Below are positions 55,639 to 64,000 of a DNA stretch of 64,000 nucleotides, piece by piece; the stretch's first letter is position 1, and each line of letters begins with the position of its first letter. The stretch is from an uncultured Nitrososphaeraceae archaeon (GTDB lineage Archaea; Thermoproteota; Nitrososphaeria; Nitrososphaerales; Nitrososphaeraceae). The DNA lies in NCBI GenBank assembly GCA_963765895.1, contig CAVXZB010000019.1:192001-256000 (forward strand). The letters run 5' to 3'. The notes beneath the pieces were generated by a model that was given only the letters and a program-made list of their open reading frames with translations, was not told the DNA's origin and made no database searches. Both the position numbers and the translations under genes were made by a program.

Positions 55639-56608
55639 TCTCCCTAATCATTGCAATATCCTTTGCTGCACTGTTCCCATCTGTAGTCAAGTATCCTCCA
55701 GTTATTACGCCATTTGCACCGGCCTTTAGCGCGGTTTTCTCTTCATCTTTAAGGTTTACTTCTCTTCCACCGGCAATTTTTATAATCCCTCTTGGAATAA
55801 TGAATCGCCAGACAGCAATAGTTCTGATAGCGTCTATTGGATCCATTTTTGCTTGGCTTGCTAATGGCGTGCCAACTCTTCCCATTAGAATATTAAGCGG
55901 AATCTCATCGGGTTCAAGAGATTTGATGGAAAACGCAAGTTCTATCCTTTGTTTTGTGTTTTCACCCATGCCTATAATTCCGCCGCAGCATAATTCAAGA
56001 CCCTCTTCCTTTACTATTTTGGCGGTAAAGAACCTATCGCGAAATTCATGAGTTTTACAAATATTGGAAAAATAGCTCTCAGAGGTCTCAAGATTATGGT
56101 TGTATCTTTTCACCCCTACTTTTTTAAGTCTTCTTGCCTGTTCTCTGGAAATGGAGCCCAACGACGCGTTGACGTCTATTTCTAGACTTTTCTTAATTTC
56201 AATGATCGTTTCGCAGATTCTTTCGAAATCCTTATCTGGAGGTGATTTATAGGCACATACTAGACAAAAACTTTGGGAGCCCGATTCCTTAGCTTCTTTT
56301 GCTCTTTCTAAGATCAAATCCATAGGCAAGAGGGGATAAGTCCTTATCCCAGTTACTTTGTAATGTGAGGATTGCGCACAGAAATGACAATCCTCAGGAC
56401 AATTTCCAGATTTTGCATTTATCAAACTTTCTACATCTACTCGGTCTCCATTGAATGTTCGTGTAATAATGTTCGCACATTTGGTCAACGTATCTAGATC
56501 CCTTGTATATATCAGCCTCTCAGCCTCTTCGAAGCTCAAGTCTAATCCTGAAATTACCCTATTCATCGTATCGTAAATAAGCAAGGACTCTCTATCCATT
56601 TTCTTCAT
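55622..56608 (-). CDS. bioB: Biotin synthase
   Basis: KSGNCPEDCHFCAQS, YNHNLET, CGGIIGMGE, AGGRE and YLTT. Confidence 0.97.
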   Translation of the reverse strand: MKKMDRESLLIYDTMNRVISGLDLSFEEAERLIYTRDLDTLTKCANIITRTFNGDRVDVESLINAKSGNCPEDCHFCAQSSHYKVTGIRTYPLLPMDLILERAKEAKESGSQSFCLVCAYKSPPDKDFERICETIIEIKKSLEIDVNASLGSISREQARRLKKVGVKRYNHNLETSESYFSNICKTHEFRDRFFTAKIVKEEGLELCCGGIIGMGENTKQRIELAFSIKSLEPDEIPLNILMGRVGTPLASQAKMDPIDAIRTIAVWRFIIPRGIIKIAGGREVNLKDEEKTALKAGANGVITGGYLTTDGNSAAKDIAMIREIGLKA

Positions 56609-56948
56609 GCAGGGAAACCGTACGATATATACTTATCTACTATACAAAATAGAGTCTAGTAAATGTAAAGCGAAAGAATTGGTTAGAAGCAAGACCGGTA
56701 GATTATTTCAAGATCGGGATTATTTTGCAATTATTATTTCTTGCCAATTTTTCCCGCGTTAGATATGTATCAATATTTCAAAATCCAAATGTCAAAGGCT
56801 GGCTTTATACATCTGAAATTAACGATCTAGGGCTAGATAAAACATGAACGTTGGAGAAAGTATAAAACGAAATCCGGTAAGTTGATCGATCTGGTCGTTA
56901 GACTAAATATGGACCCATTGATATACCGACCAAATAATAGGACCATTT

Positions 56949-56973
56949 TTATACCCAATACAGCTGGGTATAA
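56949..56973. promoter_or_regulatory. Perfect 9-bp inverted repeat upstream of the recombinase (candidate res subsite or operator)
   Basis: TTATACCCA-atacagc-TGGGTATAA. Confidence 0.45.
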
Positions 56974-57058
56974 TTTTATCAAAATGACCCCTTTTTAGAC
57001 TATAAATCATATTCAGTTGACACCCGCCTTATTATCTATCAAGAATAAACCTGCTACA

Positions 57059-57659
57059 ATGAAGTTTGCGGTAGCATACGTTAGGGTCAGTACAGGGGAG
57101 CAAACCGGTACTCAACCAACGATTAGCCATTGATAGATGGGCGTTAGAGCATGGTTATCATGTTATCTATTACTTTGAGGATTCAGCAATCAGCGGAAAA
57201 ATACCTGCGATCCTGAGGCAGGCATTTAAAGACATGTTAGAATTATTGAAACAAGACAGAGTTGACGCCGTATTGGTTTATGAACTATCAAGAGTTGGTA
57301 GGACATTCTGGGACACCCTTGACGCAATTAAAGCCATTGAACTATATGCTCCACTGATTTCTTGTTCTCCGAGAGAAACCTTTCTTCAGAGTACTGAGGC
57401 AAGTATTAGAAAGTTAATGCTAGGAATATTGACCTGGGTTGCAGAAAGAGAAAGAGAGATGTTGGTCCAAAGGACAAAGGATGGAATGACCAGGGCCAAG
57501 AATTCTGGAAAACTGATAGGAAGGCCCTCTAAGAAGCTTGACAAAGACAATCTAATAAGGCTATTGGCAAAACAAGTCCCCCGCACCGAAATAGCGAGGA
57601 ATCTGGGTGTTTGCAAGGCCACTTTATACAAGGAACTTAGAAAACACGAGATTAAATAG
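57059..57659 (+). CDS. Small serine recombinase (resolvase/invertase family) with C-terminal HTH; frameshift near 57108
   Basis: MKFAVAYVRVSTGEQT (catalytic Ser), FEDSAISG, ELSRVGR, AEREREMLVQRTKDG, GRP and EIARNLGVCKATLY. Confidence 0.9.
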
Positions 57660-57660
57660 G

Positions 57661-58995
57661 CTACGTAGACTTTTCGATTTTATTTACAAGGCTATATATT
57701 GTATCAAGCAGAAATTTTAGGTCTCGTCTTCCTATCGCTAATGGAGGGATTATTACTACTGTATTTCCCAAACTTCTTAGGAATACTCCCATATTAAGCG
57801 ATTCCCTGGCGATGTAAGAACTGATCGTAACTCCATTTCCTAATTTCAAAATGGGCTTTTTTGTTTTGCCGAGGTCTATGCCACCGAGTAAACCTTTTGA
57901 TCTTATATTCTCTGCAATTGGAAAATGCTTGATCTCGCGTAATCTTCGACTTATGTATACGCTGTTTTGTCTTATTTTCCGCAATAATTTATATTTTTTA
58001 TACATTCGGATATTAGCTATTGCTGCAGCGCAGCCTATAGGATGACCAGTAAAAGTATGCCCATGGTAAAGTTGTTTAGATTCTGTGTGTTTTCCCAAAA
58101 ACGAACTAAAAACTGAGTCATTGGTTAGGGTAACAGCCAACGGAGAATATCCACCAGTGAGGGCCTTCCCTAGGCACACGATATCCGGATAAGATTTTTG
58201 TTCCACATATTCTAGCATATTGCCTAATCTTCCGAACCCTGTGGCGATCTCATCAAGTATAAGCAAGACATCATATTTTCTACACAATTCTTCTATCTTT
58301 TTTTGATAATATCTTGGGTAGATCGACACGCCACCTGCTATCTGAGCACCGCTTTCCATGACGAGAGCGCAGCAAGCAGAGCTATTATTCGCTAAAATGG
58401 CTTCGGTTTTTTCAAGACAGAGATTCTCGTAATCTTGGCAATCGCTATAAGCCGATCTGCAAACCGGCGAAGGGATTTTGATTGCTCTCCGGAGCAGAGG
58501 TAAGTATGGCGCAAAATACTTTGGAAGATAACCCAAGCTCATTGCTCCTATTGTATCACCATGATATCCATTTTCCATAGAAATGAATTTAGTTTTACCT
58601 TCTTTTCCTCTGTTTTTCCAGTATTGCACAGCCATCTTCATAGCGACTTCTATTGCTGTTGATCCATTGTCTGAATAGAAAACATGACTCATTCCTTTCG
58701 CTAGACGGATAAGCATTTCCGCCAGCTCAGATGAGGGAGCGCTAGCCAAACCGAATAGTGTAGAATGTTGAATTGTTTGAATCTGTCTGATCATGGCCCT
58801 CGTTATCTCATTATTCCCATGTCCCCAGACATTACACCACATACTAGCAATCCCGTCCAGAAATCTCCTGCCGTGTTCATCAATTAGGTAGAAGCCATCG
58901 CCACGTACAATTACCGGCCTAATTGAATTGCCCCATTCTTGCATTTGCGTGAATGGATGCCAAACATACTTCCTATCAGCAAACGATAAGTTCAA
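57661..58995 (-). CDS. bioA: Adenosylmethionine-8-amino-7-oxononanoate aminotransferase
   Basis: WHPFTQM, SMWCNVWGH, GSTAIEVAMKMA, GYHGDT, DEIATGFGRLG, GKALTGG and HGHTF. Confidence 0.96.
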   Translation of the reverse strand: MNLSFADRKYVWHPFTQMQEWGNSIRPVIVRGDGFYLIDEHGRRFLDGIASMWCNVWGHGNNEITRAMIRQIQTIQHSTLFGLASAPSSELAEMLIRLAKGMSHVFYSDNGSTAIEVAMKMAVQYWKNRGKEGKTKFISMENGYHGDTIGAMSLGYLPKYFAPYLPLLRRAIKIPSPVCRSAYSDCQDYENLCLEKTEAILANNSSACCALVMESGAQIAGGVSIYPRYYQKKIEELCRKYDVLLILDEIATGFGRLGNMLEYVEQKSYPDIVCLGKALTGGYSPLAVTLTNDSVFSSFLGKHTESKQLYHGHTFTGHPIGCAAAIANIRMYKKYKLLRKIRQNSVYISRRLREIKHFPIAENIRSKGLLGGIDLGKTKKPILKLGNGVTISSYIARESLNMGVFLRSLGNTVVIIPPLAIGRRDLKFLLDTIYSLVNKIEKST

Positions 58996-59035
58996 CTAAG
59001 ATAAAAAGAACCCTTCATCTATTATTACTATTCTA

Positions 59036-59738
59036 ATGCGTGGATTATTTGTGACTGGAACAGATACAGGAATAGGAAAAACCACAATTTCTACGGGTTT
59101 AATCTGGTCCTTGCGCAATCAAAATATTGATGTTGGAGTAATGAAGCCGTTTGCTGCTGCTGAAAAGACTTTCTCTCGCAGTTACAAATCTGAAGATACT
59201 TACAGATTAGCAATGGCTGCTGGATCAGAATCTACTGATAAACAAATCAATCCATTTTTTTATAAGGTACCAGCATCACCTCTTGTTGCTTCTAGAATAA
59301 CGCATCAAAAAATACCGGCCTTGAAAAATGTCGTAAGGCTCGTGTTAGATGAATCCAAAAAATACAAATATATGATTATTGAAGGCATCGGCGGAATTAT
59401 GGTTCCGATATCTAGGACCTATACCATTGCAGACTTTGCAAGGTATCTTGGTTTTCCTATAGTCGTTGTAGCCAGTGCTAGGCTGGGTAGTTTAAATCAC
59501 ATATTGCTTACATTAGAGGCTTGTTCTAATCTTCATTTGGATGTGGTTGCGATAGTTATCAATCGAATGCCAAAAAGGCCGAGCAAGTCTCAAAGGCTAG
59601 TTGCAAGTACCCGTACGTCAGCTTACCGGTGTAAGAACAATTTTTTCCATCCCGGAATTTCGGAAGCAGCCAGAGCCGGTTTCGATAGGATCTATACTCG
59701 ATGACAAGTGGCAAATTTCGGACTCGCTTCGGCTCTGA
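59036..59738 (+). CDS. bioD: Dethiobiotin synthase (3' frameshift near 59611)
   Basis: FVTGTDTGIGKT, MKP, EGIGG and LGSLNH; the corrected end reads VRQLTGVRTIFSIPE...SLRL*. Confidence 0.93.
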
Positions 59739-59993
59739 ATTCCTTCTTCAGCTGTACCAACTTCAGACTTTTAGTGGAACGACTTCTGAAAACTAATTCA
59801 AGACGATTCAAAGACTCCACTTTCATACTTTTTGGATACCATCCAATTGAATTTGTGAATTGGTCCTCCGTCATCATAAACAATTAATGTTTAGTGTTTA
59901 CTACTAGACCTTGTTATAGCCTATCAACAATATTAAAAGTAATTAATACTCATTATAATAGATTTATAAAATCTTGTTGTATACTGCTTAATT

Positions 59994-60425
59994 ATGCTCA
60001 CGGTAAAGATCGGTACTAGTTTATTGCTAGTCTCGCTGGCGCTGTTGATAATTTATGGGGCTGACGTGATTGTGGCCATGTCTAAGAACGGACAAGATGG
60101 GCCTAAGAGTCCAAGAGGTTTCCTACCTTTAAATGATGCAGCAAGGGGAATTGCTTTTGGAGGTACAGCGGTTGTAATGTCTATTGTTGCATTTATAATA
60201 ACCAGAAAGACGCCTTCTCGCAACGTTGTAATATTGTTAATCATAAACGGTGGAGTAATTTTAGCTGGAATGTTTTCCATTATGGCTCAGGCTGCTCCAA
60301 CTCCAAATTCCGCCAAAACTATAGGATCGACAATCCTAATGGGCATACTTCTAATAGCCTTGGGTCTAGTAAAGTCACATTATGACAAAAGACATGTGGC
60401 GCAGAAGAGGGAGTATCTTCGGTAA
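59994..60425 (+). CDS. Four-TM hypothetical membrane protein
   Basis: Hydrophobic segments; YGADV...GFLP...RG..FG. Confidence 0.7.
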   Translation: MLTVKIGTSLLLVSLALLIIYGADVIVAMSKNGQDGPKSPRGFLPLNDAARGIAFGGTAVVMSIVAFIITRKTPSRNVVILLIINGGVILAGMFSIMAQAAPTPNSAKTIGSTILMGILLIALGLVKSHYDKRHVAQKREYLR

Positions 60426-60577
60426 CGACTGTTACCATATCTATATTAGTAAACAGTTTCATGCTAAGCCCGAAGCTGTTCAATAATCGAAGTTGCTCTA
60501 TAGACCGGAGCAATTTCAGAGGATTAGTCTAGTATAATTCCTTATATGTTATACTGCAATCAACCCTTTGTATCTTA

Positions 60578-61273
60578 ATGAAGGCAGTAATATTGGCCGG
60601 GGGCCTAGGCAAGAGACTACGACCTCTGACTGATGATAAGCCAAAACCTATGATTGAAGTTTTGAATGTTCCTATTATTGAATGGCAGATCAGATGGTTT
60701 AGGAAATATTCTATCAACGAAATCGTAATTTGTGTTGGTTATCTTAAAGAGCATATAATAGACTATATCGGAAGTGGCACGAAATTTGGCGTAAAGGTAG
60801 GCTATGCGGTAGAAGAAGAACCACTTGGAACTGGTGGAGCCTTAAAAAACGCCGAGAGCCTATTAGGAGACGGTTTACGGGAGGGTTTCTTCATGGTGAA
60901 CGGTGACATACTGACCGATCTAAATCCAGTAGATTTAAGGACTAAAGACTTACCATCATTGGCACTGGTTCCACTCAGGAGTCCATATGGAATGGTAGAA
61001 GTTGACACCGACTCATACGTTATGGGCTTTGTTGAGAAACCTCAGATACACGATAGATGGATAAATGCTGGTGTTTATTATTTAACCAAGGATGTTTTCG
61101 ATTACTTACCTGATTCTGGGAATATTGAAACTACTGCGCTTCCTCTTATGGCAAAGGAAAGAAAACTTAAGGCACGAAATTTTAGAACGTCCTTCTGGAG
61201 ATCAATTGATTCACACAAGGATATTGAAGAAGCATCTAAGGAAATAAGGCTAGCCTTTAATGAAAAATTTTAA
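60578..61273 (+). CDS. Sugar-phosphate nucleotidyltransferase
   Basis: ILAGGLGKRLRPLT..PKPM, EPLGTGGA, NGD, FVEKP and INAGVY. Confidence 0.93.
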   Translation: MKAVILAGGLGKRLRPLTDDKPKPMIEVLNVPIIEWQIRWFRKYSINEIVICVGYLKEHIIDYIGSGTKFGVKVGYAVEEEPLGTGGALKNAESLLGDGLREGFFMVNGDILTDLNPVDLRTKDLPSLALVPLRSPYGMVEVDTDSYVMGFVEKPQIHDRWINAGVYYLTKDVFDYLPDSGNIETTALPLMAKERKLKARNFRTSFWRSIDSHKDIEEASKEIRLAFNEKF

Positions 61274-62264
61274 AATTGGCTACAGTCTAGGACCATTGCT
61301 CTCGATGGATGAGGTCCTAGCAATTGCTAAACATGCTGACGAGGCTGGCGGGGTAGACTCAATCTGGATTCCGGAATCTTGGGGCCGAGAGACCTTTTCA
61401 ACTCTAGGCGCTGTGTCACAGGTGACTCGAAAATTAAAACTTGGGAGCTCAATTGTGAATGTATACTCCAGAAGTCCAGCAACTATTGCTATGGGTGCGG
61501 TAACCCTCGACAAGCTTTCAAACCGGAGGACAATCTTAGGGATTGGGACAAGCACACCAGAATTAGTGACGGGTTGGCATGGTATGGAGTTTAGAAAACC
61601 ACTTGAGAGGATGAAGGAATGTATAGAATGTCTTCGGATTATCTTAAGCGGAGCGAGGGCGAAATATAATGGAAGAAATTTTAAGATAACTAACTTCAAA
61701 ATTTTAGAGCCTCTAGCCAGAAAGACCATACCTATCTATATAGGTGCAGTCAACCAAAAGATGATTGAGCTTGCAGATGCTCTTGCTGACGGAATTATTT
61801 TCTATTTAAGGCCATTTGATGAATTAAAAAAGATTGTGGACATACTCAACTCTAGGACGAGAAACAGTCAAAGAAATCCAGAGTTCGAAATCGCTTGTTC
61901 AATTATATGCGCAATATCAAAGAAAAGTCCAGAAAAAGCGAGAGAAAGGGCTTCAAAGACGCTAGCATATTATATATCAACTGGAAGATACTATAGTAAA
62001 TTCTTGACCGATAGTGGCTTTGAGGCGGAGGTGATATCAATTAACGAACGATACAAGAGTGGTGGATTGGAGTCTGCAGCAAAGGCAATCACCGATAAGT
62101 TATTGGATTCCCTGACTATATGCGGAAGTATTGATCAGTGTTCTGAAACATTTGAACGATTCCTGTCAACAGGAATTTCTCTACCGATCATCCAGATTAA
62201 TCCGGTTGATGATTCAGTACTTTCGTTTAAGGAGATGCTTTCTGCATTTCAATGCATAAGGTAA
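61260..62264 (+). CDS. LLM-family (probably F420-dependent) oxidoreductase
   Basis: DSIWIPE, LGSSIVNVYSRSPA, LGIG, PIYIGA and LADG. Confidence 0.9.
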   Translation: MKNFKIGYSLGPLLSMDEVLAIAKHADEAGGVDSIWIPESWGRETFSTLGAVSQVTRKLKLGSSIVNVYSRSPATIAMGAVTLDKLSNRRTILGIGTSTPELVTGWHGMEFRKPLERMKECIECLRIILSGARAKYNGRNFKITNFKILEPLARKTIPIYIGAVNQKMIELADALADGIIFYLRPFDELKKIVDILNSRTRNSQRNPEFEIACSIICAISKKSPEKARERASKTLAYYISTGRYYSKFLTDSGFEAEVISINERYKSGGLESAAKAITDKLLDSLTICGSIDQCSETFERFLSTGISLPIIQINPVDDSVLSFKEMLSAFQCIR

Positions 62265-63355
62265 TAGTTGGCGATTATGCAACCTCGACATTTCGAAAGG
62301 AAGCACCAGAATCAGTTTTTGATATAGCTTACGAAGCGGGTTCTATACTTCTAAGCCATCATAAGGTGTCCCCGACTGAGATTGATGCTGTTCTATTTTC
62401 TAGTTGTTCCTCAGATCAATATTCTGCAAGTATAATAGCTGAAATGCTTGGAATAAAGCCAAAGATTGCGCAGAGAATCGACAATTTATGCAACTCAGGA
62501 ACAGCCGCAGTTATTTCAGCATACGGCTTGATTGCTTCGGGCCTTTGCAAATCTGCTTTAATCGTCGGAGCAGAATCACGAAATTCACCTGGTAGATCTC
62601 TCAGTTGGGATGTTGCCCGAGGGTCGTTCACACTTCCCATTTACTGGGCTACAATGTATGCGAGAAATCATATGCGTACTTATGGCACGACCGAGGAACA
62701 AATGGCAATGGTCACTGTAAAAAATCGTAGAAACGCATCAAAAAATCCTAATGCTTTGCACCGTAAGCAAGTTACAATGGACGAGGTAATGGCTTCTAAA
62801 CGAATCACCTATCCTTTAAAACTACTGGATTGCTCCTCATTGTGTACCGGAGCGTCTGCAGTTCTGTTATTATCGGAGGTAATGTCGTCGTGTAGAGTCG
62901 AAAATCCTGTGTACGTAACTGGTATTGGTGCGCAGACAAATTCTGCCAGTTTAAGTAAAGTGATAAGTGATATGAACGGTACAGGCACTTCTAGAATAGC
63001 CGCGATGGAGGCGTATCATATGGCTAAGAAAACCCCCAAAGATATCGATGTGGCAGAATTGCATGATGCATTTTCTATTATGGAGATAATGGCTTATGAA
63101 GATCTTGGATTTGTAGATAGAGGAATGGGAGGAAGATTTGTCGAACACGAGATGGTTGCGACAAATACCCGGGGAGGCATATTAGGTTGTGGTCACCCAC
63201 TCGGAGCTACTGGCGTTTCGCAGGTCGTCGAAATAGCTGCTCAACTGAGTGGAAAGGCAGGCAGAAGGCAGGTTAAAGGATGCAAAAACGGTTTAATTCA
63301 CAACCTCTCAGCAGGAGGTACTGCTGCCACGATAATCATCTTAGGGGTTGACTGA
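62252..63355 (+). CDS. Archaeal (SCP2-type) thiolase
   Basis: DNLCNSG, NASKNPNA, DCS...GA, AELHDAF and GHPLGATG. Confidence 0.92.
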   Translation: MHKVIVGDYATSTFRKEAPESVFDIAYEAGSILLSHHKVSPTEIDAVLFSSCSSDQYSASIIAEMLGIKPKIAQRIDNLCNSGTAAVISAYGLIASGLCKSALIVGAESRNSPGRSLSWDVARGSFTLPIYWATMYARNHMRTYGTTEEQMAMVTVKNRRNASKNPNALHRKQVTMDEVMASKRITYPLKLLDCSSLCTGASAVLLLSEVMSSCRVENPVYVTGIGAQTNSASLSKVISDMNGTGTSRIAAMEAYHMAKKTPKDIDVAELHDAFSIMEIMAYEDLGFVDRGMGGRFVEHEMVATNTRGGILGCGHPLGATGVSQVVEIAAQLSGKAGRRQVKGCKNGLIHNLSAGGTAATIIILGVD

Positions 63356-63691
63356 TTGCTCAGATTTAAGCAATTCTTAATGAAAGGAGACTTTCGTGTT
63401 CCATTTTGCAGGACTTGCCGAGCCAATGTATGGCCTCCGTTCGAACACTGTCCAATTTGCCTGTCAAAAACAATACTTAAAAGAATCTCACGGAGAGGGA
63501 TCTTATTAGAATATAGCACATCCTTCATCTCCGGACGTGCTCAGGATTATGGGATTGTGGATCTTGAAGGTGTACACCTATTAGGATCTGTCCAGGGAAA
63601 TAATATATTTCCTGGACGTAAAGTTGTTATGTATGACTGCGGCATTGATGAGAGTAATACTCCATTTTATAAATTTGGAATAGATACCTGA
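63356..63691 (+). CDS. DUF35 Zn-ribbon/OB-fold thiolase partner
   Basis: CRTC...WPP...CPIC followed by an OB-like C-terminus; abuts the thiolase. Confidence 0.85.
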   Translation: MLRFKQFLMKGDFRVPFCRTCRANVWPPFEHCPICLSKTILKRISRRGILLEYSTSFISGRAQDYGIVDLEGVHLLGSVQGNNIFPGRKVVMYDCGIDESNTPFYKFGIDT

Positions 63692-63757
63692 AATTGATGC
63701 AAGATCTGAATTACGAGAGCTTGATTATTATATTTCATAAACTATTTAATATACGCC

Positions 63758-64000
63758 ATGAGTTATGACAGGTTTATTGACGATCGCCTTCTCACGAGCA
63801 GAGATGCTCTCAATAAGATCCAGATTAAAGTCAAAATGATAGAATATGATGAGAACGCAAGGGATTTTTCTCAGAGATTTGGAAGCAGAATTCTAGTCAA
63901 AAAAATTTTGCTGACTATCAGACACTTGGATACAGAGGAAATTGAGGAACGTGAACTGGATGTAGAAGGAATAGAAACCAGAATGAAAAAGGAAAGATTG
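63758..64000 (+). CDS. Hypothetical protein, partial (runs off window; not in track)
   Basis: MSYDRFIDDRLLTSRDALNKIQIKVKMIEYDENARDFSQRFG..., open to the window end. Confidence 0.7.
   Translation, partial: MSYDRFIDDRLLTSRDALNKIQIKVKMIEYDENARDFSQRFGSRILVKKILLTIRHLDTEEIEERELDVEGIETRMKKERL

Noticed and set aside
326-59738. About 20 frameshifts in carA/carB, the RTX gene, site-2 protease, aCPSF1, nadX, nadC, leuB, birA, thrC, the asnB-like gene, the recombinase and bioD, read as pseudogenes, programmed frameshifts or further introns
   Set aside because: The junctions I read are repaired by adding or removing about one base, with no inserted block, no BHB and no shared slippery motif. They also hit essential genes. 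Consensus errors are the simplest explanation; only 1547-1577 is a block insertion.
381-63528. Numerous 60-155 aa ORFs antisense to or nested in identified genes (e.g. 4831-5298, 14160-14516, 47719-48132, 61280-61729)
   Set aside because: These are shadow ORFs of well-supported genes and carry no motifs.

Overview
Core-genome window of an ammonia-oxidising archaeon, most likely Nitrososphaeraceae. This is inferred from the archaeal information genes (rps8e, rps30e, rpoE1-spt4, aCPSF1, endA, scpAB), the cupredoxins, the biotin cluster and several thaumarchaeal-type hypotheticals. It carries carAB, mntH, nadX/nadA/nadC, ilvBH-leuB, trpE, thrC, hom, bioFB/bioA/bioD, birA, a thiolase/DUF35 pair and secreted proteins. 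About 20 scattered 1-nt indels split ordinary genes and look like sequencing or assembly errors. One interruption is different. carB carries a 31-nt insertion (1547-1577, minus strand) inside the conserved GEAGE|FDYSG motif. The insertion folds into an archaeal bulge-helix-bulge (BHB), and cutting at the standard endonuclease positions restores the reading frame exactly. This is a candidate tRNA-type intron in the mRNA of a metabolic gene. A splicing endonuclease catalytic subunit with a broad-specificity (CSL-like) loop lies about 24 kb away. Other leads are a two-domain SDR resembling bacterial malonyl-CoA reductase, a serine recombinase inside the biotin cluster, an RTX-degenerate cupredoxin fusion, perfect palindromes and several small ORFs missed by the track. 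No tRNA, rRNA, CRISPR array or intact IS was recognised.
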